Assembly (NCBI GenBank): GCA_963668315.1
Contig: OY764216.1
Span: forward strand, 928,001 to 992,000
DNA from: Spirochaetia bacterium
GTDB lineage: Bacteria > Spirochaetota > Spirochaetia > DSM-2461
Reading direction: 5' to 3'
Length of the DNA stretch: 64,000 nucleotides
The notes below the pieces were generated by a model. The model was not told the DNA's origin. It was given only the letters and a program-made list of their open reading frames with translations, and made no database searches. Positions within the stretch are counted from its first letter, which is position 1; the number at the start of each line of letters is the position of its first letter. This document shows positions 51,745-59,930 of the stretch, one piece after another. Position numbers and translations under genes: made by a program.

Positions 51745-53489
51745 CCTTTTCCTCCAAATTTACCGGCGGCGAATTTTTTCGCGAACAGGGAAAGCTCTTC
51801 GTCATTGGAAACATAGTAAATCGTCCATCCCTCTTTTCGCAGAATATCCGCCTCCTTTTTATGATACTCCGGCCGGGAATAGAGGACCAGTGACCCGCCG
51901 CCCCCGCAATTCTCCATAGCCTTTTTGGCTACATCCCAGGTTTTCTCTCCCTCTCCATACCAACCGCCTCCCAGCATGGCGAAAATATCGTCATCGGTAA
52001 GGAGAAGGATATGGGTTTTTCTTTTGCGGGGGCGGGAGAAGTCCCTTCGCAGCCGGGGGATGCCAAAGGCGTATCCGGTCCCGAGATAGGATACAAGGAC
52101 ATCCATGATTTTCCGGGAGTCCCGTACAAAGCTCTCCGTTTCCATGAAAGAGCCCGGTTCCCCCGAAAGGGTTACTTTTACACGGGCTCCCCCGCGCAGG
52201 GCGGATTGGGCGATGATGGTCCCCGCCAATACGGGCCAGCTGAAGTTAATGGCCGGATTGCCCATAGAACCGGAACAGTCGATTCCTATGTAAAGATCCA
52301 AGGGGGTATAGGCCAGGGTATCTCCCTCGTCGGGGGCAAAGACCCGCTTTACCGTGGTCATCCCGGGAATGACCTCGGGGCTTCTTATGAGGGAGCCGAA
52401 CCAGTCTATTTCCCCCGGATTATCCCCCAGGTCCCACGATTCGAGCCCTTCGGGAATGACCCCTTCGGTCTGGGGAACCTTCTCTTTGGGGAAGGGAATG
52501 AGATAGGGGGCGGAAATTTGTTTGTAGTATCGGGCCAGGGCTTTGTGTATATCCAGTCCCGCCGGGTCGAGCTGCCGTAAATAGTCCAGATAGTCCCGGG
52601 GGGATTTGTATCTCTGCCGGGGCCCTTCCCCGGAGGATGACTTCTCCGGTATCCTACCGGCCAGGTCTTCTCCCTCAACAGGTCCAAGGGGCTCATCGTC
52701 AAGGTCTCCCGGGGGGGCTTCCAAGTCCGCCCCGACCCCGGAAGAGCCTTCGGAAGCTTTCAAGGCATCCATTATGAGAGTCCAGGTTTCGGCTTTACCC
52801 TCTTCCTCCCACAGATAGGGGTAGAACAGAATCGCATAGGAGTAGGCCCCTTCCAGCCAATCCCCCGAGTAGGAGCGTATAATATGAGCCCCCATTTCGC
52901 TGTCCCTATCCAGCTGTTCCCCCCTGTCCTCACCGGGGCGGACTCGGGTCAGTTCCCCCGGCTTAAGGGAGTAGAGCTTCTCGTAAATTCCCAGGTAAAG
53001 GTTCCAGACGGGGGAGGGATTCGCTCTTTTCTCCCTTTTCTGGATCTTTTTGTAGATATCGTCCATGCGAAGGCCCCGGCGGCTCTGGAGATGGTAGTTT
53101 ATCAGATGATCGGCAAAGAGATTCATAATTCGGGGGGCATGCTCCTCCTTTTCGGTCAAGGCTTTTCTTACCAGGGTGAGCATGCGCCCGTTATCGGTGA
53201 GATTGGCCGGCACATAAACGTGGTGGCCAATCTCATGGGCCAGAATCTCCAGGGCATAGTCGTCCAGGCCGTACTGCTTTATGAGCGAGCCATCCAGGAC
53301 GATGCGGTGATCCTTGAGCCTGATCATGGCAAAGCTGCCCTCCAGTCCCTGTTCCTTCGCTTCCTCCCGGGAAAAGCACCAGTGGGGAGGGCGCATCATT
53401 ACCAAGTGGCTCCACTGCCGCAGGGCCTCTTCCCATCGGTCGTCCCACATGCTGCGCATTTCATCCATCAGTTTATCACTTCTACCCAC
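51741..53489 (-). CDS. HEXXH metallopeptidase-like domain plus vWA (MIDAS) domain protein
   Basis: AHEIGHH; acidic/Pro-Gly linker; IGIDCSGSMG (DxSxS), GTG, LLLTDD. Confidence 0.8.
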   Translation of the reverse strand: MGRSDKLMDEMRSMWDDRWEEALRQWSHLVMMRPPHWCFSREEAKEQGLEGSFAMIRLKDHRIVLDGSLIKQYGLDDYALEILAHEIGHHVYVPANLTDNGRMLTLVRKALTEKEEHAPRIMNLFADHLINYHLQSRRGLRMDDIYKKIQKREKRANPSPVWNLYLGIYEKLYSLKPGELTRVRPGEDRGEQLDRDSEMGAHIIRSYSGDWLEGAYSYAILFYPYLWEEEGKAETWTLIMDALKASEGSSGVGADLEAPPGDLDDEPLGPVEGEDLAGRIPEKSSSGEGPRQRYKSPRDYLDYLRQLDPAGLDIHKALARYYKQISAPYLIPFPKEKVPQTEGVIPEGLESWDLGDNPGEIDWFGSLIRSPEVIPGMTTVKRVFAPDEGDTLAYTPLDLYIGIDCSGSMGNPAINFSWPVLAGTIIAQSALRGGARVKVTLSGEPGSFMETESFVRDSRKIMDVLVSYLGTGYAFGIPRLRRDFSRPRKRKTHILLLTDDDIFAMLGGGWYGEGEKTWDVAKKAMENCGGGGSLVLYSRPEYHKKEADILRKEGWTIYYVSNDEELSLFAKKFAAGKFGGKG

Positions 53490-54373
53490 AGGTAATGGCT
53501 ATCCTCCTTCAAATGGATTTTCAACTTTCCCTTCTCTTTTCCGCCGGGAAGGGTAAAGAGCCTGTCCTCATGGAAGGGAAAGGGAATAAGCCGGCTGCCG
53601 AAGGAGTCGGAAAAGAGCAGAAAAGCCCTCCTTTGATCATGGAGGATGAGTCCGGTGGAGCCCAGGGCGTCCGTCCCTTCCAGGCGGCGGCAGTGGGGAG
53701 GAAGGAGAAAAGGCCCGCCGTATCCGGCAAATCCGCCCAGCCGGCCCCCGGTATAGTCTCCGGGGATAGCCCAGGGATTTTCCCGGGCCGATTCCAATTG
53801 GCTGCGCCCATAGGGAAAAAGGGAGGCCAACTGCCTGTCGGAAAGCAGCTCGCATCCATCCAGAGCTGGAATGCGCCATTCGGCCATTCCCAATGTCCAG
53901 GCGGCCAATCGGCCCAGGGCAAAGGCCTCTTCCTTCCGTTCGCATACCATAAGGGGGGCTGCCATTTGATCGAGCCAGTCCCGCCGGGTCCGGGCATCGG
54001 GGAGAGAACGAATCGCACCGTCCCAGGAAGTAAGAAAGGAGCGTAATTCACCGGAAGGGAGGGCCTCTTTCCGGTTGAGAAAAGGGGCCAGGAGCAGCCA
54101 ACCCTTAAGAAAATCCCCATTAAGCATCATCTCTCCGCCCCGAACCAGAGGGGGGAGGGTCGTTTCAATACCGTGGATCATCAGGTTGAGCAGATGGTCC
54201 GATTCTCCGTAAGCTTCATAGAGAGCGGTGAGCAGAGGTGTCAGGTGCTTACCCAAATCGGCATCGGCCAAACGGGGATGGGAGAAAAGCAGCCCGTCCA
54301 GAACCGGCTGGATGTTCTCCTCTTCCCGGGCGAGAAAAGAGGCGAGGCCCCCCTCTATTTCCACTGGAGCCAC
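53468..54373 (-). CDS. Hypothetical protein of the MoxR operon
   Basis: Overlaps both neighbours; LAAW..G...WR..AL, GGFAGYGGPF..PP, SDSFG. Confidence 0.7.
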   Translation of the reverse strand: MAPVEIEGGLASFLAREEENIQPVLDGLLFSHPRLADADLGKHLTPLLTALYEAYGESDHLLNLMIHGIETTLPPLVRGGEMMLNGDFLKGWLLLAPFLNRKEALPSGELRSFLTSWDGAIRSLPDARTRRDWLDQMAAPLMVCERKEEAFALGRLAAWTLGMAEWRIPALDGCELLSDRQLASLFPYGRSQLESARENPWAIPGDYTGGRLGGFAGYGGPFLLPPHCRRLEGTDALGSTGLILHDQRRAFLLFSDSFGSRLIPFPFHEDRLFTLPGGKEKGKLKIHLKEDSHYLWVEVIN

Positions 54374-55932
54374 CTCTTGTAGTTCGTATAGCGCTGGTGG
54401 AAGTACTTCAATTTGAGAATATCGTCGGCCATATGGCCGTACAGTTTTCCGCTTCGGCTCATTTCGCTGAGGATCTGCTCAATCTGGAACATTCTCTTCT
54501 CCACTTCCGAGATGGAGAGACCCTCCATCCCTTTCTCAAAAAGTTCCTCCATCTTGGCCACCGGGTCGTATTCGTCCAGTTTCAACCGGGCGTACTCCTG
54601 GCAGGAGAGGTCGAAGCATTTTCGTATCCAGGTTATCCGGTCAACCCGGTAAGGGGCGTTCTCCTCCTTCTCGAAGAAGGGCGATTCAAGATGGGGAGAG
54701 AGGGCGTCGTGCAGGACGAAGGGCAGAATCTGCCGGATATCTTCCAATTCCACCTCATCCAGCCCTCTGAAGTAGGCCATGGCCTTGGCGTAGAGCAGCA
54801 GGGTCATGAGCTTTCTTACGGAAAGGCCGTTTTTGGCCTGGCTTCCCAGATCGCGGTTCATATCCTTGCCGCTTTCAAGTTCCATCAGTGATTGAAAGTC
54901 CAGGCCGGAAAGCTTGGCCGTGTCCTTTGTCATATAGTCCAGCTTCGTCGATGCCGGTTCGAAAAACTCAAACTGCCGGGCGAAAAATTCGATTTTGCGG
55001 CGGAGCGGGGCGGGAATGGCCACGGCCAGGATCTCCTTATAGAGGGTGTCCAGCTCCTCATCGGTAAAGATGATCTCCCGGGGAATGTTCTTTTCCGGCT
55101 TGTACCCCGTTTCTATTCTCCTTTGGAGATCCTCTACGAAGCGGGTGTTAAAGTGGAGAGCCCGGATAACCACATCGATTCTGTCTTTGAGCGCCTCAAT
55201 GACCTGATAGGTCCCGCCCCCGGCGTCATCGTTGGCCGTCAAATACCAGGCCGCTTCGGGGCACTCGTAGATCTGATCCATAATTTCCGCGTAGTTGTCC
55301 GCCAGAACGGTGAGCAGGGCCGATTGGGTCCTGGTGGGAATCCGGTTGTATTCGTCTATGATCTTCACTTTCATCTCCAGCCACTTTCTCCAGGAGATGC
55401 GTATCTGCGAAGGATCCTCCGATTTCATAAGATCCCCCGGGAAGGGATGGCCGAGCAGGTCGGCCACGGTCATCTGGGGCTGGCCGTGCTGAATGGCCCG
55501 CTTCATATCCTTGAGGTCGTATCCCGCCAGGAGCCCCATGAGAATGGAGGTGGCCGTTTTTCCCCTTCCCGGGCCTCCCACGATCAGGCAGCGCTTGCGC
55601 ACCGCCAGGGTCAGCAGGGGAATCAGGACAAAGCTGGAGTAGCACTGGCCGGTGGGAAGATCGACCTGAACCTTGGAGTCCCCGAAAAAGTAGGACTGGG
55701 GAGCCTTTTCGTTATACTCTATATCGTAGAAAGGGCTGATAATGGCCGTATTGGTAATCCAGAAGTAGGCCTGGCGGAGTTTTTCATCCAGGCCGGTTCT
55801 CTCCTCGCCTTTTTCGCTTTCCGAAGGATTTTCAAAAAGATCCTTTATTCGGAATGGGGTCCTCTTGGCGCCCCGGTCCACCGGGTTGGTGGGGGCTGCC
55901 GGAATATGGTGGGATTGGTCTGACCGCTGCAT
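54355..55932 (-). CDS. MoxR-family AAA+ ATPase
   Basis: Walker A GGPGRGKT, Walker B IIDEYNR, TQSALL, sensor-1 LTAN, EALKDR arginine finger; AAGGAG SD. Confidence 0.88.
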   Translation of the reverse strand: MQRSDQSHHIPAAPTNPVDRGAKRTPFRIKDLFENPSESEKGEERTGLDEKLRQAYFWITNTAIISPFYDIEYNEKAPQSYFFGDSKVQVDLPTGQCYSSFVLIPLLTLAVRKRCLIVGGPGRGKTATSILMGLLAGYDLKDMKRAIQHGQPQMTVADLLGHPFPGDLMKSEDPSQIRISWRKWLEMKVKIIDEYNRIPTRTQSALLTVLADNYAEIMDQIYECPEAAWYLTANDDAGGGTYQVIEALKDRIDVVIRALHFNTRFVEDLQRRIETGYKPEKNIPREIIFTDEELDTLYKEILAVAIPAPLRRKIEFFARQFEFFEPASTKLDYMTKDTAKLSGLDFQSLMELESGKDMNRDLGSQAKNGLSVRKLMTLLLYAKAMAYFRGLDEVELEDIRQILPFVLHDALSPHLESPFFEKEENAPYRVDRITWIRKCFDLSCQEYARLKLDEYDPVAKMEELFEKGMEGLSISEVEKRMFQIEQILSEMSRSGKLYGHMADDILKLKYFHQRYTNYKRWLQWK

Positions 55933-55959
55933 GGTAATCGCTCCTTAGGATGATGGCAT

Positions 55960-55987
55960 AATATAGGACATTTGCCTTATTAATCAA
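55960..55987 (-). promoter_or_regulatory. Putative sigma70 promoter of the MoxR operon
   Basis: Minus strand TTGATT, 16 nt spacer, TATATT, then AAGGAG SD. Confidence 0.5.
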
Positions 55988-56104
55988 ACTTAAATACCGG
56001 TGATTCCTAAGGGGCAGGCAAGAATTTACTCTGATAGAAGAATTGAAAGGGTACGCTAAATAAGTTTTTCTTGACTATTATCAGGTATATTGTATCTTCA
56101 ATTG

Positions 56105-57049
56105 ATGAACGAATTTAATGACAGTAATTCTCAGGCACAGGGAATGACCTGTGATCTGGAAACAGGTAGCTGCGGCCACACAGATACCGCCGATACAATA
56201 GAAATTATCACCCCCCAAACTACCCGCACAAAAGTTCAGATCATGTATTTTACAGATCCCATCTGTTCTGCCTGCTGGGCCATTGAGCCGGAAATCAAAC
56301 GGTTTAAACGGGACTTCGGAAGCTATGTCGATGTTAACGTACGGATGGGGGGACTGCTCCCGGGGTGGAAGGGCTTCAGCGACGGGGGAAACGGAATAAA
56401 CAAGCCCTCCGATGTGGCAGGCCATTGGGATGAGGTGGGAAGGGCCAGCGGAATGAGCATTGACGGTGATATATGGCTGGAAGATCCTCTGGAATCCTCC
56501 TATCCGGCGTCGATAGCCTTTAAGGCGGTGGAAATAGCGGAACCCCGGGCTTCGGGGAGATTTTTACGTATATTGCGGGAGATGGTCTTTCTGGAAAAGA
56601 AAAATATTGCCCGAAAGGAGAATCTCGAGTTGGCCATGGGACGCGCCGGGGCAGACGTGGGGGAGGTGAACCTCCTTATTGAAAACGGAACGGCGGAGAA
56701 AGCCTTCGAAGCGGACCTGGAAGAGGGCCGCCGTCTGGGAGTGAGGGGATTTCCCGCTTTTATTGCTTTCGGAGCGGACGGAACCGGATACAGGGCTTCC
56801 GGAATTTACTCCAGCGATCAATTACGGGACTTGTTTTATAAGGCCCTTGGCAAGGCTGTGGAGCCGGAAGGGAAAGCGGTTGACATCAAAGAGCTTCTTT
56901 CCCGTCAGGAGCTGACGGCGACCAGAGAGATATCCCGATTGAGCGATCTGAGCGAGGAAGAGACCCGTTCGCAGCTGATGGGTTTGACCTCGGCCGGTTT
57001 TGCAGAACATGTGTCCCATAAATATGGAGATTTCTGGCGGCTGAAGTAG
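56105..57049 (+). CDS. DsbA-like thioredoxin-fold protein (YjbH/SpxH-like)
   Basis: YFTDPICSACW, RMGGLL, SSYPASIAFKA, cis-Pro GVRGFP. Confidence 0.82.
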   Translation: MNEFNDSNSQAQGMTCDLETGSCGHTDTADTIEIITPQTTRTKVQIMYFTDPICSACWAIEPEIKRFKRDFGSYVDVNVRMGGLLPGWKGFSDGGNGINKPSDVAGHWDEVGRASGMSIDGDIWLEDPLESSYPASIAFKAVEIAEPRASGRFLRILREMVFLEKKNIARKENLELAMGRAGADVGEVNLLIENGTAEKAFEADLEEGRRLGVRGFPAFIAFGADGTGYRASGIYSSDQLRDLFYKALGKAVEPEGKAVDIKELLSRQELTATREISRLSDLSEEETRSQLMGLTSAGFAEHVSHKYGDFWRLK

Positions 57050-57167
57050 ATCGGGGAAATATCCCGGGGCCCCAAGGTGTGGACGTCAAGGAGCCTCCCC
57101 GGAAGCCCGTTGACAAAGGGGGGGAATTAGTCGAGTATGCTCAAAAAAATATAAAGGTACTCGATTA

Positions 57168-58010
57168 ATGCCCCCCTTCCTGAACGTCAAAGCATCCAAA
57201 CCCCTTTCCCCCATGGAGGAGCGCTACCTTAGGCGTATCGTTCGGGGGAATATTCTGGCAAAGGCTCTGACTTTGACAGTTATAGCGGGGGGAATGTCTT
57301 TGGTGGTTTTCCTTATTAAGAACTGGATTATTCCGGGTCTTACGGAGAGGTCCCCCTTTGCTCAGGTGAATTACATGGCAGTGATCCTCAATATTGCCAC
57401 TTTGATTATTTATTTCGTAACCCTTTTGACTGTGGGAGCGTTAATGCTGGCCTGGCATCCCTTGAAAGCGGGTTATCAGATAGATCAGGTGAGCGGTTCT
57501 GCCGAAAAGAAGGGCCGATCCCTGGGATATGCCCCCCTGATCGCTCCGCCGCCCTGGCGGCGGAAACTGCCCCTAAGAACGCCGGTACCCATGAGAGTGG
57601 CCTCCTTTAGGGGGCATATCAATATGGGGCGCCGGGGGGAAATCCTTCTAGGGGTTCCCCAGCTTGGACTGGATATGGAGGAGCATGCCCGCCTGGGATT
57701 GCTGAAATACCGCAATCCTTTGGTTTCGGCCATAGTATGCGCCGTCAGCCTTATGGGGGTATTGCTGCTATCCGTCTTTGCCGAAACGACCGTGGACCCC
57801 ACAAGCCTCCTGCCCTTTCTCCCCCGTGGCAATAGGCTGAAGGAGCTGTGCCTTTCGCCTGCTTCCACGGGCATCCTTCTACTCTATGTTCTGAGCTTTT
57901 CATCTGTACTGAGGTGTCTTTTTGTTCTGGTTCGAAACCCCGTTATAGGATTTCGGATCTCCAGGGCTCTGAAGAATCGACCAAAGAAGAAGATGACCTG
58001 GTATAAATAA
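57168..58010 (+). CDS. Hypothetical membrane protein (about 4 TM)
   Basis: Two pairs of hydrophobic helices flanking a basic soluble region; fills the intergenic space. Confidence 0.55.
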   Translation: MPPFLNVKASKPLSPMEERYLRRIVRGNILAKALTLTVIAGGMSLVVFLIKNWIIPGLTERSPFAQVNYMAVILNIATLIIYFVTLLTVGALMLAWHPLKAGYQIDQVSGSAEKKGRSLGYAPLIAPPPWRRKLPLRTPVPMRVASFRGHINMGRRGEILLGVPQLGLDMEEHARLGLLKYRNPLVSAIVCAVSLMGVLLLSVFAETTVDPTSLLPFLPRGNRLKELCLSPASTGILLLYVLSFSSVLRCLFVLVRNPVIGFRISRALKNRPKKKMTWYK

Positions 58011-58014
58011 ACCC

Positions 58015-58040
58015 GGGAGGGGGAAGTGATTCCCCCTCCC
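58015..58040. terminator. Hairpin between convergent genes
   Basis: GGGAGGGGGAA-GTGA-TTCCCCCTCCC, perfect 11-bp stem with GNRA loop. Confidence 0.65.
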
Positions 58041-58081
58041 GAATGGCATACTGACGGCATCTCCCGGGGATGGAATAGGTT

Positions 58082-59776
58082 TTACTTCTCCCGGGGGAAG
58101 GGCCAGGCGATGATGCCCCCTTCCATGACTTTCACGTTGGTGTAGCCCAGACCTTTGAGGATGAGCGCCCCTTCGTAGCCGCGCAGGGAGATCTTGCAGT
58201 AAGTGATGATCTCGGCGGATTTGTCGGCGGGGAGTTCGGCGGCTCGGGAGCGGAGGGCCCCCAGGGGGATGAGTGTTTCGCCGATGCCCAGGCGCATGGC
58301 TTCGAACTCGTCCGGTCCGCGTACGTCCAGGATGAAGGGATTCTCGCCGGCATCCACTTTGGCTTTCACCTCTACCGATGAGATGCCGGTCATGTTGCGG
58401 CGCCATTTGTTTTCGATGACGTGGACCGCCGTGATCAGGTTGTCGATGGCCGGGGAGAAGGGAGGGGCGTAGGGCAGGTCCAGGTTCACCATGTCGGAGA
58501 TGCACATTCTTCCGTGGAGGGCCATGGCACCCATGGCCAGCCGCTTGGAGACGTCACCCATGCCCACAGCCTGCATTCCCAGGAATTTGCCGGTAGTTTT
58601 GGCGGCTACCATTTTTATGATGACGGGAGCGGCGCCCATGAATCCGGGCTTGTCCGGAGCCGCGTGGATGGCGGTGATGATGTTCTGGAAGCCTTCCCGC
58701 TGGGCCATCTTTTCGGAGAGGCCCGTGCTGCCGGCGGTGAAGTCGAAGACTTTGCAGATGCCCGTGCCGATGACGCCGTCGTACTCTTCCACATTGCCGA
58801 GCACGGCGTTCTGGGCGACGACCCGTCCCTGGAGGTTGGCCGCGTCGCCCATGGGGAAGTGCTGTTTATTGCGGGTGATCAGGTTGGTCACTTCCACGCA
58901 GTCACCGGCGGCGTAGATATCCGGGTCATTGGTCTGCATAAAGCGGTTGACCGTGATGCCCCTGGATTTGCCCGTTTCCAGGCCGGCGTCGATGGCCAGC
59001 TGCGTGTTGGGACGTACGCCGATGGAGAAGACCACATGGTCGCAGGGGAGGATTTCTCCGCCGGATATCTCCACGCCGGTGACCCTGCCGTTCTCGCCGT
59101 GAAATTTCGTGACGCCCTGGCCGGTGATCACTTTCACCCCTTTGGTTTTCATGTGGTTTTCCACCAGTTTGGCCATCTCCCAGTCCAGGAAGGGGAGGAT
59201 CTGGTCCTGCATCTCCACCACGGTAATGTCGATGCCCGCCAGCTGGAAGGCTTCGCAGGTCTCAATGCCGATAAGTCCGCCGCCCACGACGACGGCTTTT
59301 TTCGCTTTTCTGTTTTTCGCCACATCCTTGAGGGTCATGGCGTCTTCCATGCTCTGGAGGGTATCGATGTTGTCCAGATCGATGCCGGGAATGGGCGGTC
59401 TGACGGGCGAGGCTCCCGTTGTCAGGATGAGTTTGTCATAGGGAAGGGCGGTCTCCTTTCCCGAGGGGAGGTCTTTTACCAGAACGGTTTTGGCTTCCCG
59501 GTCGATGGAGAGGGCTTCCGTTTCGATGATGGCCTTGATATCTTTGACTTTGGCGAAAAATCCCGGGTCCCGGGGAACGCCGGTGGGGGTGGAAATAAGG
59601 GAGTTGGGGTTGTCGAAAACGCCTCCCACGAAATAGGGGTAGCCGCAGGACGCCATACTCAGGTATTTTCCCTTCTGGATAATCGTCACTTCCGCTTCCT
59701 GGTCCAGTCTTCTGATTTTTGCGGCCACCTTGGGCCCTGCGGCAGAACCGCCGATGATCAAGTATTTCGCTCCCAT
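58082..59776 (-). CDS. CoA-disulfide reductase-rhodanese fusion (CoADR-RHD / Npsr-like persulfide reductase)
   Basis: IIGGSAAG FAD motif, SMASCGYPY active Cys, VVGGGLIG NAD motif, YAAGDC, LPYAPPFS, rhodanese LDVR...ITYCKISLRG. Confidence 0.88.
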   Translation of the reverse strand: MGAKYLIIGGSAAGPKVAAKIRRLDQEAEVTIIQKGKYLSMASCGYPYFVGGVFDNPNSLISTPTGVPRDPGFFAKVKDIKAIIETEALSIDREAKTVLVKDLPSGKETALPYDKLILTTGASPVRPPIPGIDLDNIDTLQSMEDAMTLKDVAKNRKAKKAVVVGGGLIGIETCEAFQLAGIDITVVEMQDQILPFLDWEMAKLVENHMKTKGVKVITGQGVTKFHGENGRVTGVEISGGEILPCDHVVFSIGVRPNTQLAIDAGLETGKSRGITVNRFMQTNDPDIYAAGDCVEVTNLITRNKQHFPMGDAANLQGRVVAQNAVLGNVEEYDGVIGTGICKVFDFTAGSTGLSEKMAQREGFQNIITAIHAAPDKPGFMGAAPVIIKMVAAKTTGKFLGMQAVGMGDVSKRLAMGAMALHGRMCISDMVNLDLPYAPPFSPAIDNLITAVHVIENKWRRNMTGISSVEVKAKVDAGENPFILDVRGPDEFEAMRLGIGETLIPLGALRSRAAELPADKSAEIITYCKISLRGYEGALILKGLGYTNVKVMEGGIIAWPFPREK

Positions 59777-59802
59777 CTATATCCTCCTTGTGGGGTTCAA
59801 AC

Positions 59803-59843
59803 GAACATATGTTCATAATAATTCAAGTAAGTTCCTTTGTAAA
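59803..59843 (-). promoter_or_regulatory. Promoter of the CoADR-RHD gene with palindromic operator at the transcription start
   Basis: Minus strand TTTACA (59843-38), 17 nt spacer, TATTAT (59820-15); perfect palindrome GAACATATGTTC at 59803-14. Confidence 0.6.
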
Positions 59844-59930
59844 GGATGAAATAAATAAAAAGTTATCAATATAGAGAATCACCAATATAAACGTCTAGCA
59901 TTCCTGTGCCTTTGATGTTAGGTTAGCCCT

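Noticed and set aside
48158..55932. Calling the MoxR operon a known VMAP ternary conflict system or an established anti-phage system
   Set aside because: No VMAP-like protein, effector-associated domain, nuclease, TIR or SIR2 motif recognised; a defence role remains a hypothesis
57110..57141. TTGACA...TATGCT promoter for the 57168 gene
   Set aside because: The 20-nt spacer is too long for sigma70
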